The notes below the pieces were generated by a model, which searched no databases, was not told the origin of the DNA, and was given only the letters and a program-made list of their open reading frames with translations. A program made the translations under genes and the position numbers. Positions 48,746-51,034 of a stretch of 51,034 bases of DNA are shown here, in pieces (the first letter of the stretch is position 1; each line of letters begins with the position of its first letter). This stretch comes from a virus (taxonomy: Duplodnaviria; Caudoviricetes): IMG/VR virus record IMGVR_UViG_3300027278_000018, positions 1 to 51,034 of that record; one strand, given 5' to 3'.

Positions 48746-50571
48746 TGGCAATCAGAATTCAGCTGAGAAGAGATACAACAGCAAACTGGACAACAAATAA
48801 CCCAATTCTTTTACCAGGAGAAATTGGAGTAGAGACAGACACACTAAAGTTTAAAATTGGTAATGGATCAAGATGGAATGCAACTACATCATATGCATTT
48901 AAAGCAGGAGAAGCAAACGGACTAGCTACACTAGGTCCTACAGGGAAAATTCCTACATCTCAATTGCCAGATTCTATATCAATGGATGCAGAGCTATCTG
49001 CAGCATTAGCAGCATTAACTACATCTTCTATAACAGAAGGATCAAATAAATATTTTACAAACCAAAGAGCAATAGATGCAGTATCTTCATTAATATCATC
49101 TTCAATTTTGTCTGAAACTACAAATAGAAATACTGCAATAGCAACTGCAAAATCAGAAGCCATTGCTTCCGCAGCAACAGATGCAACAGGAAAAGCCGAT
49201 ATAGCAAAATCAGAATCTATAGCAGCATCCTCAGCATCAATCTCTGCTGCATCCTTAGCTGCTAATGCATATACAGATAATAAAGTTTCTACAGAAGCAT
49301 CAACCAGATCAACTGCTATAAATACAGCAATATCATCAGAAATAATAAATAGGAATATTGCAATACAATCTTCTTTATCTGGACTAACAACTTCAACAGT
49401 AACAGAGGGAACTAATAAATATTTTACTGATTCCCGTGCACTTTTAGCAACTGCATCTGCTTATGAATCTTTGGGTTCTTCCGCCTCAGCCATCACAGCT
49501 GCAGCCACAGATGCAACAACCAAAGCCAACGCAGCCATTGCTACAGCAGCCACAGATGCAACAACCAAAGCCAACGCAGCCATTGCTACAGCAGCCACAG
49601 ATGCAACAACCAAAGCCAACGCAGCCATTGCTACAGCAGCCACAGATGCAACAACCAAAGCCAACGCAGCTTTAGTGTCTGCTAATGCTTACACAGACTC
49701 ATTGTCGACATCTTTAAATAATACTTTAGGCGATTATGTTTTAGAAAATGATAGAAATCAAGCCAGCGGATTTGCTGGCTTGAATTCTTCTGGGAAATTA
49801 CTAGATTCAGTTATACCAGCTTCAGTAAATGCTTATGCCGATGCAAAAGTTGCAGCAATTGTAAATTCAGCACCAGCAACTTTAGATACTTTAGGAGAGC
49901 TAGCTGCAGCGTTACAGGCAGATGAAGCTGCATCTACAACACTTACAACTTTAGTTGGAACAAAGGCTCCAATTGATTCACCAACATTTACAGGCACAGT
50001 TTCAGGAATTACAAAATCTATGGTTGGCCTCGCATCAGTTGACAACACAGCAGATTCAGCAAAGCCAATATCAACTGCTACTCAAACTGCACTTGATGCT
50101 AAGTTATCATCTGCTACAGCAGCAACAACATATGCTTCAATTGCCTCACCAACATTTACTGGTACAGTTGGCGGTATTACAAAATCTATGGTTGGCCTTG
50201 GTAATGTTGACAACACATCAGATACAGCAAAGCCAATTTCAACAGCAACGCAAACAGCATTAGATTCTAAATTAAATCGGACAGTTTTAACAAACCCTCA
50301 ATCTGGATCTTATCAAATTGTAGTTGGAGATGCATTTAAATTAATTGAAATGAGCGGTGGTGGAACTTTAACAATACTAGATAGCGCAAGTTTTCCAACT
50401 GGAACAACAATAGACGTTTTACAAACATCGGATAGTCAAGTTTTAATCGCTGGCAGCGGATTTACCCCAGATTCTACCCCTGGATTAAAATTAAGAGCTA
50501 AATGGTCTTCGGCGACACTTTTAAAACGAGGAACTAACTCTTGGGTTGTAATGGGCGATTTGAGCGCCTAA
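48745..50571 (+). CDS. Tail fibre protein with Mtd/hyaluronidase-type N-terminal domain
   Basis: IQLRRDT...GEIGVETDT..FKIGNG; APATLDTLGEL; VGLGNVDNT; WVVMGDL. Confidence 0.85.
   Translation: MAIRIQLRRDTTANWTTNNPILLPGEIGVETDTLKFKIGNGSRWNATTSYAFKAGEANGLATLGPTGKIPTSQLPDSISMDAELSAALAALTTSSITEGSNKYFTNQRAIDAVSSLISSSILSETTNRNTAIATAKSEAIASAATDATGKADIAKSESIAASSASISAASLAANAYTDNKVSTEASTRSTAINTAISSEIINRNIAIQSSLSGLTTSTVTEGTNKYFTDSRALLATASAYESLGSSASAITAAATDATTKANAAIATAATDATTKANAAIATAATDATTKANAAIATAATDATTKANAALVSANAYTDSLSTSLNNTLGDYVLENDRNQASGFAGLNSSGKLLDSVIPASVNAYADAKVAAIVNSAPATLDTLGELAAALQADEAASTTLTTLVGTKAPIDSPTFTGTVSGITKSMVGLASVDNTADSAKPISTATQTALDAKLSSATAATTYASIASPTFTGTVGGITKSMVGLGNVDNTSDTAKPISTATQTALDSKLNRTVLTNPQSGSYQIVVGDAFKLIEMSGGGTLTILDSASFPTGTTIDVLQTSDSQVLIAGSGFTPDSTPGLKLRAKWSSATLLKRGTNSWVVMGDLSA
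49501..49670 (+). repeat. 45-bp tandem repeat (AATDATTKANAAIAT), about 3.7 copies
   Basis: Identical gcagccacagatgcaacaaccaaagccaacgcagccattgctaca units. Confidence 0.95.
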
Positions 50572-50572
50572 A

Positions 50573-51034
50573 ATGGTAACTAGATTTTATGGAATTAAGA
50601 CTGGTGTAAGAAAAGTATCAGTACCTAATATTATAGGTATTAATAAAACTCAAGCACGAATAAATTTAAGTAATATAAGTTTAACTTATTTAGAGCAGAC
50701 TACACCAGGAACAGTTCTTTCTGATAATGATATTGTATCTGCACAAGGCACAGCTTCTGGTTCAGTTATTCCAAGAGGATCTGTTGTTCAGTATACCTAT
50801 AAAGTATTTACCTTTACCCCACCATACTTCCCTCCGTTCTTCCCGCCGTTCTTCCCACCACACTTCCCACCGTTCTTCCCACCGTTCTTCCCACCACACT
50901 TCCCGCCGTTCTTCCCACCGTTCTTCCCACCACACTTCCCGCCATTCTTCCCACCGTTCTTCCCACCACACTTCCCACCGTTCTTCCCACCATATTTCCC
51001 ACCAGCAGGATGCAACCCCCCAGTAGGATCTGAT
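50573..51034 (+). CDS. PASTA-like domain plus Pro/Phe repeat protein, open at the window end (not in ORF track)
   Basis: VSVPNIIG...A...L...IVSAQ...G..IPRGSVV, then [12 protein letters not shown] repeats. Confidence 0.8.
   Translation, partial: MVTRFYGIKTGVRKVSVPNIIGINKTQARINLSNISLTYLEQTTPGTVLSDNDIVSAQGTASGSVIPRGSVVQYTYKVFTFTPPYFPPFFPPFFPPHFPPFFPPFFPPHFPPFFPPFFPPHFPPFFPPFFPPHFPPFFPPYFPPAGCNPPVGSD
50818..51003 (+). repeat. 12-bp/36-bp coding tandem repeat ([12 protein letters not shown])
   Basis: ccaccgttcttc and ccaccacacttc units. Confidence 0.95.

Noticed and set aside
48745-50571. Diversity-generating retroelement target (Mtd-like N-terminus)
   Set aside because: No reverse transcriptase or TR/VR pair in the window; this N-terminal domain is common in fibres
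50727-51026. SSHH, WWEER, GGKN and VVGRT repeat ORFs
   Set aside because: Other frames of the PPFF repeat; the real frame starts at 50573, coupled to the fibre gene
1-51034. Stop-codon reassignment
   Set aside because: Known genes translate full length in code 11; the short ORFs have their own RBS or coupling; no suppressor tRNA seen
1-51034. Bacterial chromosome origin (suggested by DnaA boxes, trxA, ahpCD)
   Set aside because: No dnaA/dnaN or core operons; gene content and tail module are phage-like

Overview
This window is a fragment of a large, AT-rich tailed phage of Actinobacteria, probably a freshwater acI/Nanopelagicales-type actinophage. The host call is inferred from WhiB, an Lsr2-like protein, GP88, AhpC/AhpD, many leaderless promoters and GAAAGG ribosome-binding sites. 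It has three parts. (1) 1-25.6 kb and 38.9-42 kb, mostly + strand: auxiliary and modification genes, including nine 2OG-Fe(II) oxygenase genes, two sulfotransferases, an APS-kinase/nucleotidyltransferase fusion, a GT32-like glycosyltransferase, an SGNH-like protein, redox genes, proteases, WhiB and tRNAs. (2) 26.2-38.6 kb, - strand: an early-type block of small genes (DUF932, DUF1281/Api92-like, GP88, mini-Lsr2, tRNA-Asp) split into many transcription units. (3) 42-51 kb: a lytic transglycosylase, class II RNR, a holin-like protein and tail/fibre genes, ending in a PASTA-like protein with PPFF/PPHF repeats. The most striking signal is non-coding and lies in block 2. Thirteen promoters share the geometry TGTCAG-N10-TANNNT, which matches the mycobacterial PafBC/RecA-NDp DNA-damage promoter. 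A ~60-bp scaffold repeat (9 copies) sits among DnaA boxes, CRP-type palindromes, WhiA-type GACAC boxes and an MraZ-type triplet. A candidate sRNA is antisense to the RBS shared by the early genes. All protein-family and binding-site assignments are by-eye motif recognition; no searches were run.
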